Shown piece after piece: positions 1 through 11,990 of a stretch of 64,000 bases of DNA. The stretch spans positions 32,240,001-32,304,000 of the forward strand of contig NW_027362768.1 in assembly GCF_046119375.1 (NCBI RefSeq), given 5' to 3'. Within the stretch, counting starts at the first letter, position 1, and each line of letters opens with the position of its first letter. The translations under genes and the position numbers were made by a program. The notes under the pieces are model-generated. The model saw only the letters and a list, made by a program, of their open reading frames with translations. It was not told the origin of the DNA and ran no database searches. The stretch comes from Phyllobates terribilis (lineage: Eukaryota).

Positions 1-78
1 TGTGTGTGTGTGTGTGGGCAGGTGTGTGTGTGTGGGCAGGTGTGTGTGTATGGGCAGGTGTGTGTGTGGGCAGGTGTG
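1..78. repeat. TG-rich micro/minisatellite (TGTGTGTGGGCAGG units), runs into the gap
   Basis: Directly visible periodicity. Confidence 0.95.
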
Positions 79-445
79 NNNNNNNNNNNNNNNNNNNNNN
101 NNNNNNNNNNNNNNNNNNNNNNNNNNNNNNNNNNNNNNNNNNNNNNNNNNNNNNNNNNNNNNNNNNNNNNNNNNNNNNNNNNNNNNNNNNNNNNNNNNNN
201 NNNNNNNNNNNNNNNNNNNNNNNNNNNNNNNNNNNNNNNNNNNNNNNNNNNNNNNNNNNNNNNNNNNNNNNNNNNNNNNNNNNNNNNNNNNNNNNNNNNN
301 NNNNNNNNNNNNNNNNNNNNNNNNNNNNNNNNNNNNNNNNNNNNNNNNNNNNNNNNNNNNNNNNNNNNNNNNNNNNNNNNNNNNNNNNNNNNNNNNNNNN
401 NNNNNNNNNNNNNNNNNNNNNNNNNNNNNNNNNNNNNNNNNNNNN
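79..445. other. Assembly gap (367 N)
   Basis: Run of N. Confidence 1.
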
Positions 446-653
446 CTGTTGAACACTACACCTGACTTGAGGCCACCACCTCTTGGTTGTCCAATGTTCT
501 TGCTTCTCTAGGGCTCTTCTCAGATATTCATTATACCAGCTCCCCAGAATACCAAAGCTAGGGTGGGTGACCGCGAGCCCTGGTGGTGGTCATAACTGCG
601 GCCACCCAGGGGCAATACTCCATAACAACAATCCCCTGAGGTGGTGTAGGATG

Positions 654-927
654 TAAGGACCTATTCACACTACATTCAACGCTGCATTCAGGTCTTTACA
701 CAAGGCTTACAACTGAATCCCTGAAATTCAGGATTGTGCTGTCTGAAATGAGACATCTGAAAGCAGAGCAAATGGAGCCTAAAGATTCAGACTTTAGCCT
801 CGGTTTGCCTTTGTTCAAATCAATGGCTATGTCAAGGCCCATCTGAATGCCATTTTTCAGGGATTTAGTTAGAAGCCTGGAAAGAGGAGATGAATGCATT
901 GCAAAATTCAGTGTGAATAGGCCCTTA
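654..927. mobile_element. MITE with ~18-bp TIRs (TAAGGACCTATTCACACT / AGTGTGAATAGGCCCTTA)
   Basis: TIRs with one mismatch, TAA/TTA ends, no coding capacity. Confidence 0.7.
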
Positions 928-985
928 TATCTGGAGTCTTGATATTGATGCCACATGCATTTTACTAGTTTTTAACTTAAAAAAA

Positions 986-1001
986 ATACACACACACAAA
1001 T

Positions 1002-1032
<31 letters not shown>

Positions 1033-1160
1033 TATACATACACACACACTATACATACACACACATTATACACACTATACATGCACACACTATACATACA
1101 CACACATTATACACACACACACTATACATATACACACACTATACATACACACACTATGTG
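986..1160. repeat. (CA)n / TATACATACACAC compound microsatellite
   Basis: Directly visible. Confidence 0.95.
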
Positions 1161-1171
1161 TGTGTATGACT

Positions 1172-1655
1172 GCATGCGGCCTCCTGCTGAGTATAGTTGG
1201 CGCAGTGCGGCCTCCTGATGTCTCTGGGGGGGGCGCCGTGCGGCCTCCCGCTGTGTATAGATGGCTACGTGCGGCCCCCCGCTGTGTATAGATGGCTATG
1301 TGCGGCCCCCGCTGTGTATAGACGGCGCCGTGCAGCCCCCCGCTGTGTATAGATGGCTACGTGCGCCCCCCGCTGTGTATAGATGGCTACGTGCGGCCCC
1401 CCGCTGAGTATAGATGTCACAGTGCGGTCTCCCGCTGAGTATAGATGGCGCTGTGCGGCCTCCTGCTGTCTCTGGGGGGAGCGCCGTGCGGCATCTATAC
1501 TCAGCAGGAGGCCGCACGTAGCCATCTATACACGTATACTCAGCAGGAGGCCGCACGTAGCCATCTATACGGTGCCATCTATACACAGCGGGAGGCCGCA
1601 CGGCGCCATCTATACACAGCGGGAGGCCGCACGGCGCCATCTATACACTGCGGGA
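1172..1655. repeat. ~31-33-bp GC-rich minisatellite, forward to ~1490 then inverted
   Basis: Unit GTGCGGCCTCCCGCTGTGTATAGATGGCTAC forward; its reverse complement CCATCTATACACAGCGGGAGGCCGCAC repeated after ~1493. Confidence 0.85.
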
Positions 1656-1753
1656 GTCTCAGTGCTTTGCAACAGCAGTCAATAAATTCTGCTTGACTAA
1701 TTCTGAGCACCATAAAGTCTGGTTCGCTTCTAACCTGCTGTCTTCATTTTCAG

Positions 1754-1825
1754 CTTGCTGAATTCTAACTCATTTACTGTCATTCGAGACGATGCCTTTG
1801 CTGGTCTCTTTCACCTTGAATACCT
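1754..1825 (+). CDS. LGI2: Internal LRR-coding exon of leucine-rich glioma-inactivated protein 2 (likely exon 3)
   Basis: tttcag acceptor (AG 1752-1753), gtaag donor (1826), 72-bp length typical of LRR exons; reads LLNSNSFTVIRDDAFAGLFHLEY(L), versus remembered human LGI2 LLNSNSFTIIRDDAFAGLFHLEYL. No other LGI2 exon found in the window. Confidence 0.9.
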
Positions 1826-2018
1826 GTAAGTGCTCCACTTAATGTCATATTTTTGATTCTGTTCTTCTTCATCTTTTGGCATGTGCAATTGTATGAGCAA
1901 GTATTCATATGAATTTATGACCTACTTAAACCTTGGAGGACCTTAAATTTTATTCAATCAAATTTTTTTCCAGTTTAAAACTATGGGATATATATGTGCC
2001 TTGGTCCTCAAAGGGTTT

Positions 2019-3027
2019 TTAAAGGGGCTGCAAACATAAATACGAAAAAAATTATTCAATTAGTGCTTTTTGTGTTCATTTAATTTTTATTTGAAGTCCA
2101 TTTTTTTATATACGTTGAAATTAAGCCCTACCCCATGGAATGAAGCCCTACCTACATGACATCTGAGAGCTACATGGATCCCGCTTGTGAGGTGCCTGTC
2201 CGTCACTACTATTCAGTTTTAGGGTCCACTCACTAAGCCATATATTCTCTCATGCAAGAGAATAGGGCCAATTATGCTAATGACACTCGGCTCAAACTCT
2301 GTCAGAGCTTCAACTGAGTGTGATCCGATTCTCTCGCAGCACAGATATGGAGAAGATGGAGAACTTAATTTCTTCATCTTCTCCATAGTCTCTGTGAGTG
2401 TTCATCGGACTGCACTTGGATGAAATCCGAGTGCAGTCCAATGTTTTACGTGCACCCGTAGACTTGTATGGGTGCACATGGTCCGAATATCGAATGAGAT
2501 AATTTTCTCATGCCAATAATCTCAGATCTGCACTGTCCCATAGTATAACATAGGGCCGAGTCCTATCCGATAAAACATCACATAGCATTCGGCCGTGTTA
2601 TACGACAGTGTGAGCGAGCCCTTAGAGTCAAGGAATATTTACATGCAGATGATGATATTACTCTCCAAGTGTATATTTTTTTAGGCGAGTTCATAGTAAA
2701 TGCTTTGCCTTTTTGACATGTGATCAACTAAAGAACAAGAAAGATTTAGGACCTCCCCTATACAGAAACGGAAAATAGTTTGGAGGACTTGCATGTCCTT
2801 TTTTATTTATTATGAGAAAATCATAAAAGATCCCGTTTTTTAACCATGCTGTGACTTTCTGCTGAGGGAGAGGGAGAGAGCTGCCCTATTCAGAGTCTGT
2901 AATAAGACCTGCTGACAAAAGTGTTGAAGATACAGTCTAATGTGAATTAACAATGAAAAAAAGTTAATTTCACAAATGGCTTGTATTTTTTTTAATACAA
3001 ACTTTTTTGTCTTTACAGCTCCTTTAA
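2019..3027. mobile_element. TTAA-flanked T2/Kolobok-type MITE containing a nested palindromic MITE (~2220-2624)
   Basis: Ends TTAAAGGGGCTGCAAA / TTTACAGCTCCTTTAA; a second TTAAAGGGAATCTGTCA element starts on the shared TTAA at 3024. Confidence 0.6.
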
Positions 3028-4611
3028 AGGGAATCTGTCATCAGGTTTTTGCCACCTAATCTGAGAGCAGCATAATGTAGGGTTAGAGGCACTGATTCCA
3101 GTAATGTGTCACTTACTGGGCTGCTTAGTGTTGTTTTGATAAAATCATTGATTTGTCAGAAGGTAATTGACTAGTAAGTTCTCTAGGACCCCACCCCCAT
3201 CACTGATCAGTAGATTTCTGTGTACACTGAGCATGGGCAGAAAGCTGCCAATCAGTGGTGTGGGCGGGGCTATACAGAGCGCAGCATTCAGAGAGCTGCT
3301 AGATCTGCAGCAGATAAAATGGTGATTTTCTCAAAATGACAACAAGCAGCTGTTGCCAGCGATTTAGACATTAATGGCTGTGTGTTTAGTTATTTAGAGG
3401 GCACACCAAATTTACACTGTTATTCAAGCACTGTTACAGTATGTGCGCACAGGATTTGAAGCAGAAATTTGCGCAGCATTTCTGCATCTCCTTGTAGGAA
3501 AAACGTTGCAGAAAAACCATGCGGTTTTGCCGCGTTTTTTATTCAGTTTTGATGCAGTTTTTGAAGCATTTTTGTACATCAATGAATGCTTTTTTTAGCT
3601 AAAGTTATTTGGTGGGACATTGCTTTTTGGATTACCATAAGAACTGGTGTGAGTATATTGGTTAATTTAAATGATTAAAGAATGTGTCTGTTTTATTTCA
3701 AATAAAGTGTTTACTCTGTGTCTGTGTGTTGATTTAACTCTTTACTTTACTTTAATTAGGTTTGGTGATGACCCACCTTGTCATCACCAAACAAAAGAGC
3801 TAGGTGTCAGCTAGTCCCATTCACCCAATCTTCATTAGAATTCCCATTCATGTAATTTCTGGGGCAGCTGTGGGCTGCTATTTTTAGCCTAGGAAGGTGC
3901 CATTAGACAAACATGGTCCCTGGCTATTATTAACAGCTCACAGCTGTTTCCTTAGCCAGTACGTCCCCCTGATCAGTACTCAGCAGCGCCTTAGACGCAA
4001 CGTATTTTTGCTGCATCCAAAACGCGGTGTTATAATGCTGCACTTTTGTTGTTGGTACATGCGAATCCACCACATATAACGACACTTCAATCGGTCAAAA
4101 TCTGCAACGGAGACTAGCGTGTCCGCTACAGAAATTGACATGCTGCGGGTGAGTTTGGGTATGTGGCCATGGTCAGGAGCCACGGCAAGTTTGACGCTGC
4201 GTACTTATACAGCACCAAACTCACAGCGTCCAGATGTTACAGCATAGTGGATGGGATCTCTAGAAATCCCATGTCCACTATGTGTGCATCAGAGGCTTTG
4301 AATCACCTGTGGACACGGACATGCTGCGCATCTTTCAGGACGGCAACATGTCAAATTCTCTTGCGGAGTCGCTAGTCTCTGCAACAGAAATTTGACCACT
4401 AGAAGGTATTGAATGTGGTAAATATGCATGGTTCAGTGAACACATGTGGATTTACCTGCATTCAACGGAATGCAAAGTTTTGGACACAGCAAAAAATATG
4501 CTTTCAAAGCGCTGCTAAGTTCGGATCGTGGGCACAGAACCTAATTTTTTTTTAAAAATGCCGTGGCCGCATCATTTATATAACCAGCAAAGGGAAAACC
4601 GACTGCTGGGG

Positions 4612-4990
4612 GCTGATATTAATAGCCAGGCAAGGGGCCATTAGCCAAAAATGTTGTCTGGCTATTAATATCAGCCCACAGCTGTTTGCTTAGCCTTTAC
4701 TGGCTAGATTACAGGGCGACCCCAGAAAAAAATTGATGTAGGGTCCCCCTATAAAATCTAACCAGAAAAGGTTGAACAAACAGCTGCGGGCTGATATTAA
4801 TAGCCAGGCAAGGGGCCATTAGCCAAAAATGTTGTCTGGCTATTAATATCAGCCCACAGCTATTTGCTTAGCCTTTACTGGCTAGATTACAGGGCGACCC
4901 CAGAAAAAAATTGATGTAGGGTCCCCCTATAAAATCTAACCAGAAAAGGTTGAACAAACAGCTGCGGGCTGATATTAATAGCCAGGGAAG
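4612..4990. repeat. 178-bp tandem duplication (~2.1 copies) in an unclassified interspersed repeat; each unit has a 20-bp-arm inverted repeat
   Basis: GCTGATATTAATAGCCAG at 4612, 4790 and 4968; arms GGGCTGATATTAATAGCCAG / CTGGCTATTAATATCAGCCC. Confidence 0.85.
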
Positions 4991-6591
4991 GGGCCATGGA
5001 TACTAGCCCACTCTGTGGCTAATAATATCACCCCATCAGCAGTCCTATAAATGGCGCATCCATGAAATGCACCAAATCTGGCATTTAGCCACGGCCCTAT
5101 AGTGGTGGCGAGTGGGGAAATGGGGTTGGGGTTCACATCAGTCTTGTATTGGCGGCTGACGTGAAGCCCAGGTTAGTAATGGAGGGCGTCTATAAGATGC
5201 CCCCATTACTAACCGTGTAGTAAAGTTGTCGCCGCTTTTTCAATAAATACACGGCCAGAATAAAGTATTTTAATGAAATTAAAAGCACACGATTTAAAAA
5301 AAGCTTTTATTGCACTTTCAATCCCTGAATCCCTCTTCTCCTGAAAATAAAGTAAAATAAAAAACAACCATATCCCTCACCTGTCCGCCGTCACAACGTA
5401 GTCCACAATTCCGTCACGATTGTCCCTCGGTGATCTGAGTCATTTCTACAACAGTGACATCAGCAATCACTGATGTCACTGCTGTAGAAGACAGCAATGT
5501 ATACTGACAGGAGTGAAAAATCACTCCCGTCAGTGTACATGCTGCTGCAGGAGTGAGGTCACTGGGGTTCATCAGCTGAAGATCAGCTGATCAGTCCCAG
5601 TGACCTCAGCAACAGTATTGGTGGGAACATTCTTGAGAATGTTCCCACGCAGCATTGGTGCTGTAAAGTGAGGTCACATGAGCTCTCAGCTGATCTTCAG
5701 CTGAGAGCTCACGTTACTACAGGTCCTGGCAGCGCAGTACACTGCTGGGAGCGAGCGCGCTCCTGGCGGTGTACCGCCGGCCTCCAGGAGGGCGACATCT
5801 GCGGGGGACATCTGCGAACAGGTGAGAATAGTGTATTTTATTTTTTACTTTATTTTTTTAAATGCGAGTGGTTCCCGACATGGCTGATGACACTACTGCT
5901 CCCCTCAGCCGTGCCGCTCTCACTGTTATCAGCGGGAGCGGCGGTCGGATGAGAGGAGTAGTTGTCCTCCTCTGTCGACCCGGGTACCACCCACAGCGTT
6001 TCCGCAGCGTTTCACCGCCCATTGGCTTTTATTGAAACGCAGAAAACTCACAGGTATAAATATTATACCTGTGGATTTGCTACGGTTCAATTAAAGTCAA
6101 TGGGCTTCAGTTTGTGGCAGAAACGTGCGCACAATTGACATGCTGTGTTTTTTTCCGCAATGGTAATCCTGAGCGAAAATTTTCACATCATGTGCACAGT
6201 ACATCAGGATTACCATTGCAATACCTGGCAGACCATTTACATAACATTTTCGCTGCATTTCCACACGGAAAAACCCCACGAAAACACATCAAAAACGCTA
6301 CGTGTGCACTTAACCTTATACAGTGTTCCTAGCTCACAAGTCATCTCGATAGCTTTCAAAAGTTTGCTTTATGACTCACCCTAGTAGTCACTATTTATTT
6401 GGGTGATATATACAATGATTAACAAGAAGTCTGTGTTCACACAAGCATATTTAACAGTTTGTATACTGATGACAATGCTCAAACTGACTACAATTGACAA
6501 ATATGAGGCAGTAAGTTAGAGCCAGGAGAAAGAGTGTCAGTGGGGGAATTGCGTCTCATATACGGACCATGAAATAGGCTCTTGTGAACCC

Positions 6592-7083
6592 TAAAGGCTT
6601 TTGCAGACGACCGCAAACTTGGAGAAGTGCTATCTGTGGTTTTCACGGATAGCACTCGTCCCCATGTTATTCTATGGGGCTATGCACATAACCAATTTTT
6701 TTCCTTGGACAAAGTTGTTCTGAGGAAAAAATTGCGGCATGCACGATTTGTCTCTAAGAATCGGATGGCACTTTCCAAGTCAGCTCTATGGGTCTGTGGA
6801 AAAAATCGGACCGCACTCGGCAATGCAAGTCAATGAGTCTGTGGAAAAATCGGACCGTGCTCGGCAACACAAGTCAATGAGTCTGTAGAAAAAATCGGAC
6901 CGCACTCAGATGACAGATTTTCACAAAATGACATTATACAGAAGGTGGAGAAACAATTTTTTCTTCTCTACAGCTCTGAGAAAATCGGATCACACTCTAA
7001 TCAAACTCTGATTAGAGTATGATTAGCATAATCCGAATGATTTTCTTGAATGAGAGAAAAACGGTCTTGTGATCCGAGCCTAA
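6592..7083. mobile_element. Palindromic MITE-like repeat
   Basis: Internally mirrored CGGACCGCACTCGG / GTCAATGAGTCTGT motifs; TAA..GGC / GCCTAA ends. Confidence 0.45.
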
Positions 7084-7406
7084 CTAAAACAGAGACCTCC
7101 TGATTATGTCAATGGAGGTGCTTGGCTGTTTCCATTATATTTTAGTAAATATGGCAACACACATGCAGACGATCTCTCCTTTGATATGAGTCTAATAGTG
7201 TTTAAGTTGAGAAGAATATATTTGAAGTGAAAATTAATGGATCTACTGTTGACAATATGGCTGCATGAAATTAAAAAATCAGTTTTTCTTAAATGAAAAT
7301 AAACTGAACAATCAGATATAAATATTTAAAAGAATGTAAAAAATAAACAAAAAAAGACAACATTAAACCAATATATATCAAGTAAACTGATTGGAATTGT
7401 ACTTAC

Positions 7407-7586
7407 TTCTGCACACTGGTAAATTGATCCATTGTGTGTTCTCACATTGTGCTTCTCCTCTCAAAGCTCTATTCAGGGTGTAGCCAACATTACACACATA
7501 AGTAACTTTTTCCCCAGTGTAATAACGTTCTTTAACTTCACCAACTAAAGTGGAATTAGGATCCGTAGGTGGACGGTTACAAAATG
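7407..7586 (-). CDS. Single sushi/CCP/SCR-domain exon (complement factor H / factor XIIIB / RCA-like)
   Basis: ccag acceptor, gtaagt donor, 180 bp, phase 1-1, open frame FCNRPPTDPNSTLVGEVKERYYTGEKVTYVCNVGYTLNRALRGEAQCENTQWINLPVCR with all four Cys, GY, W and PxC. Confidence 0.85.
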
Positions 7587-8389
7587 CTGGTAAAATTAAA
7601 AATAAAATTCATTAGGTATATGTACATATAATGCATATTTGCAAATATTTGCTTTTGAAGTCCCATTTCAGTATTTTTTTATTGATTATTTCACCTCCTG
7701 TTTGCTATCTGTAATGCATATCCAGTGTATGCATTAAAATACTTACCTCTCGCAGGCTTCTGCCATCATGTAACCACAGTTCTTTGTCACCTGGTTATTC
7801 AGCGGCCCTCTAGTTCCTTCATTATGCCAGTTGTATAACACAGCTACCATCTGCCTGGTATAATGCAGATTCAGCTCCTGAGCCCGCTCTATTCATTCAA
7901 GAGGTTCTAAAGGTGAATGTACCAGTAAATTCAATGGCAGGAAGACTGACAATGGACTTTTATGCAGCCAATTATCAGTCATTTAATAGTCACAGTTGGC
8001 CTGTTCAAATGGATCCTAACACCTCATTCTTATGTCCATTTTTCACGTATGAGTGCTATCCGTATTTTTCACGGTTAACATTGTACCTATAAATTGCAGA
8101 GACATGAGTTTCAGATCAAAATCAATAATACAATTCTATGGGTCTGTGAAATAATTCGGACAGCATTCGGTTGCCATCCGAGTGTAGTCTGATTTTCACA
8201 GACTGTTAGATAGGAGAAAGTGGAGAAACATTTTTTTCATGTACGAGAAAAACTGATGACACTCAAACTAAACTGTGGTGAAACCCTTAAGAAGCTCTTA
8301 CCAAAATCACTGATGAAATTAAGGTAAATTTCTCTAGTATATTCATCTGCTGGCGCCTGGGCTATAAAAATAAAGATTTTTTTTTTTAA

Positions 8390-9338
8390 AAAAATGGCGT
8401 GGGTTCCGCTGTATTTTTGATAACCAGCCAGGCAAAACTGACAGCTGCGGGCTGCAAGCCTCAGCTGTCAGCTTTAGCAAGGCTGGTTATCAAGAATAGA
8501 GGGCTCCCTATGCCATTTTTTTAATTATTTAAATAATCAAAAAAAAGACGTGGGGCCCCTCCCATTTTTGACAACCAGCCAAGCTAAAGCAGACAGCTGG
8601 GGGCTGGTAAGGGGCCATGGATATTGGCCCCCTAGCCTAAAAATAGCAGTCCACAGCCGCCCCTGAAGGGAGCATCTAATATCTATTGATATTGTTGTTT
8701 TTTATTTTTGCTTTCTTACAAAAGAAGAGGGCATCAGGAATTAGGTGTTAGGTGAGTATAACAGTGCTTGTTATTTTTAAATAAAAAAGTAAATGTGTGT
8801 GTGTTTTATTTCAAATAAAAGACTTTATTCTGGGTGTCTTTATTTACAATTTGACTATAGGATTAGTAATGGATAGATGTCTTATAGACGCCGCTCCTTT
8901 ACTAACCTGTGGGATTGCTGTCACCTGATAATACAAATGTGACATCAAACGCACAAATATTACCCCACTCGCCACCGCCACAGGGCAATGGAAAGAGCCG
9001 GACAAAGAGCCAGAAATTGCGCATCTAATAGATGTGCCTTTTCTGGGGCCGCTATGGGCTGATATTTTTAGGCTGGGGGACCAATATCCATGGCCCCTCA
9101 CCAGCTTGAGAATACCAGCCTCCAGCTGTCTGCTTTAGCTTGGCTGGTTGTCAAAAATGGGGGGATATCATGCCATTTTTTTTTAATTATTTATTTAAAT
9201 AAAAAAATGGCATAGGTACCCCTCTAGTCTTGATAACCAACCTTGCTAAAGATGACAACTGAGGGTTGCAGCCTGTAGATGTCAGTTTTGCCTGGCTGGT
9301 TATCAAAAATACAGGGAATCTCACACCATTTTTTTTTT
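8390..9338. repeat. Unclassified repeat with ~280-bp imperfect inverted arms (8390-8665 and 9045-9338)
   Basis: GATAACCAGCCAGGCAAAACTGACA mirrored by TGTCAGTTTTGCCTGGCTGGTTATC; related pieces at ~3600-3900 and ~4550-5400. Confidence 0.7.
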
Positions 9339-9779
9339 AATTTATTTATTTATAGCACAGGCACCGGCAGATGAATAGTCCTATCTGCCGCGACTCTTCA
9401 CGCTGTTATCTGTGAGAGCAGGTGTAGGCTGATGAGTGTAATAGTCCCATCTGCCGACCCTTGTGACCAAAGGTAAACTTTTTACCTCTGGTCACAGCTG
9501 CTGGAGGGGAACCGATGCTTTCTGATCGGGGGTAATGATCAGAGGCAGTGTTTGCCGCACTGTCATGCACATGACAGCTCGGCAAACACCCGATGTTCAG
9601 GGCCTTATCCCCCCACTGTCATCTGACTGGTGGTATTAATCTTACCACCGATCAGAGCCGCCGGGGTTTCTCAAGCGGCATGCAGATGACAGCGCAAGGA
9701 ACATGCGGTGTTAGGGGTGCCTTACCTGAACAGTAACACGGATTTCCAAGTGAAGTCTGAGTTTTAGATCCGTGCCCAA

Positions 9780-9835
9780 ACAGTAGGTGTTCGGTACAGA
9801 CCCCGAACTTTACTGTTCAGGTTCGCTCATCTCTA
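9780..9835. mobile_element. Orphan hAT terminus
   Basis: GGTTCGCTCATCTCTA, resembles the 17035-17096 end of hAT-1. Confidence 0.6.
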
Positions 9836-10379
9836 GTGGTGATGCAAATAAAGCTAGCAAAACTAAAATAATGTTGTTGCATCCTTATAATTAAGGATGT
9901 AGTTGTGTTTGTGTTTAGACTTAGCCAATCACATTTGAACTCATGTTAATTAGTAGCCAGTAGCTATTAGTTAAAGAGATACTGATTAACCCCATGTAAA
10001 ATTTAGCCGTTCTAATTAGAGATGAGAGAACCTGTAGATTTTCGGGTTTGCCGGGTTCGACGAACATACAGTAAAAAGTTTGGTTCGGGTCCAAACTTGA
10101 CCCTCGACACGAACCCAATAGAAATCAATGGGGACCCAAACTTCAGTGCTTTAAAATGACTGTAAAATGGTCATAGTAAGGGCTAGAGCGCTGCAAAAGG
10201 AAGCTAAATGAGAGTAAGAGCAGGACAATTGCGCTGCAAACAAATGTGAATAGGAAAATGACTTAAAGGGGTTCTGTCACCATAGCAATTATGGTATAAT
10301 AGGAATTAAATGAATAACATAAAAATTTTAACAGTGCCCTCACAGAGACTGAGGCTAGCTACTTCCAGTCCAGTTAAAA

Positions 10380-10650
10380 CTTTCACCCACAGAGTATGAA
10401 GCAGAAGACCCCTACATTAGCGGCTTACAAATTTCGCCCACAGAGCATGGGGCAAAGTACCCCTACATTAGCAATTTACAATTTTCACCCGCAGACCATG
10501 AGGCACAGTACACCTACATTAGCAGCTTACAAATTTCACCCACAGAGAATGGAGCAGAGTACCCCTACATTTTCAGTTTAGAAATTTCACCCACAGACCA
10601 TGGGGCAGAGTACCCCTATATTAGCATCTTACAAATATCACCCACAGAGC
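10380..10650. repeat. ~57-bp subterminal tandem repeat of hAT-1 (~5 copies)
   Basis: ACCCCTACATTAGC...AAATTTCACCCACAGA repeated. Confidence 0.8.
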
Positions 10651-10681
10651 CAAACTTTTATCTTTAGTCGCGTACAGTAGA

Positions 10682-10947
10682 GCAGCCACAGATGAAAAGC
10701 TCGTAGTTTAATTCTGTATACAGATAGCGGTCCGCCCCGAGGCTTGCTACTGCCAGTCCCAGCCACATTGCCTTGGGATGCCGCTCCAATGCTGTTGCCT
10801 TAGGGTCCTAGGGGTCCAAAGTGTTTCCTTTGAAAAAATTATTGTTTAAAGCAGGCAACCATGCATGAATACTTCAGCAAGGGATAATGAAATTGTACTC
10901 CATTTCTAGTTTTTTTTTTCAAACTGGGGCCATGATTAAGAGGGGAC
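10682..10947 (+). pseudogene. Decayed 18S rRNA fragment A (end of h18 region through ES6 to GCCATGATTAAGAGGG) inside hAT-1
   Basis: AAAAGCTCGTAGTT, GCGGTCCGCC, CTTTGAAAAAATT..TAAAGCAGGC and CTGGGGCCATGATTAAGAGGG are colinear with remembered vertebrate 18S. Confidence 0.8.
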
Positions 10948-10984
10948 CCGGTTGAACACAAAGTAAAGGAACTGGACGCACTCT

Positions 10985-11220
10985 CGGCCATCCAATTTCA
11001 AACCACCTACAGGTGAAGTTGCAGAGTACACACGTGTAATGGAGAATTAGATTTCTATTCCAGAAAGGCAACCTGATAAATGTGTACCACATCCAAGAAC
11101 GGCAGCAGACAAGCAAATTAACCACTTCTCAACTGAGTCAGCAGCTGATATTGCGAGGCAGACTAGTCATCTGTGAAAATTTAGAGGCTCTGTAATTGGA
11201 AAGAGTAGTTAAATCTTTTA
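10985..11220 (+). pseudogene. Decayed 18S rRNA fragment B (upstream of A in 18S) inside hAT-1
   Basis: CCTGATAAATGTGTACCACATCCAAGAACGGCAGCAGACAAGCAAATTAACCAC ~ 18S CCTGAGAAACGGCTACCACATCCAAGGAAGGCAGCAGGCGCGCAAATTACCCAC; GAGGCTCTGTAATTGGAAAGAG ~ GAGGCCCTGTAATTGGAATGAG. Confidence 0.8.
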
Positions 11221-11430
11221 ATTGAGCTGACACAAAGGTAGAGCAAAAATTATTTTTTATAGACACGCTGTTTGTACAGACAGACTACACAGAGGCTTTT
11301 GGGCACAGTAGCCCAACAGAAGCTAATAACAAATTTCTCCCACAGAGCATGTTTCTACACTTACCCTGCAGAAGCTGATGACAAATTTCAGCCACAGAGA
11401 ATGGGGAACATTACCCCCACAGATCCAAAA

Positions 11431-11502
11431 TGTCTGCTCCAGTAGCATACATTCCAAATGCCACCGATGAAAAGCTTGTAATATGATCTTGGATCAAGCT
11501 GG
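11431..11502 (+). pseudogene. Decayed 18S rRNA fragment C inside hAT-1
   Basis: GCTCCAGTAGCATACATT...AAAAGCTTGTAATATGATCTTGGATCAAGCTGG ~ 18S GCTCCAATAGCGTATATT...AAAAGCTCGTAGTTGGATCTTGGGATCGAGCTGG. Confidence 0.65.
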
Positions 11503-11619
11503 TGGTTTGGCTACCGGCAGTCCAATTAAAAATTTCCCCCACAGAAGCTATTAACAAATTTCACACCCACACAGTGGCCCACAGTACCCCCACAGACAGG
11601 GTTGCATGGTACACACAGC

Positions 11620-11990
11620 AGCTTAAAGGCACATTACTCACACAGATATGGGTTAAAGAATATACACAGCATCTTTTGGCAAACTACTCCCACAAAATTT
11701 GGTTAAAGAATAAACACAGCTGCTTTTGGCACAGTACTCCCACAGATATGGGTTAAAAAATACAGGGGCTTTTGACAAAGTAATCTCAGAGATATGGGTT
11801 AAAGAATACACACAGCGGCTTTTGGCAAAGTACTCTCACAGATATGGGTTAAAGAATACACACAGTGGTTTTTGGCAAATTACTCCCACAGATATGGGTT
11901 AAAGAATACTCACAGTGTCTTTTGGCAAAGTACTCCCACAGATATGGGTTAAAGAATACACACAGCGGCTTTTGGCACAGTACTATAACA
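11620..11990. repeat. ~48-bp subterminal tandem repeat of hAT-1 (~7 copies)
   Basis: TACTCCCACAGATATGGGTTAAAGAATACACACAGC repeated. Confidence 0.85.

Noticed and set aside
2-511. Three long ORFs at the window start
   Set aside because: Artefacts of microsatellite plus N gap
696-956. 86-aa minus-strand ORF
   Set aside because: Lies almost wholly inside a TIR-bounded MITE; no recognisable domain or splice context
7747-7906. Second CCP-like exon with ttag / gtaagt signals
   Set aside because: 160 bp, stops in all frames, wrong exit phase; at most a decayed pseudo-exon, so not listed as CDS
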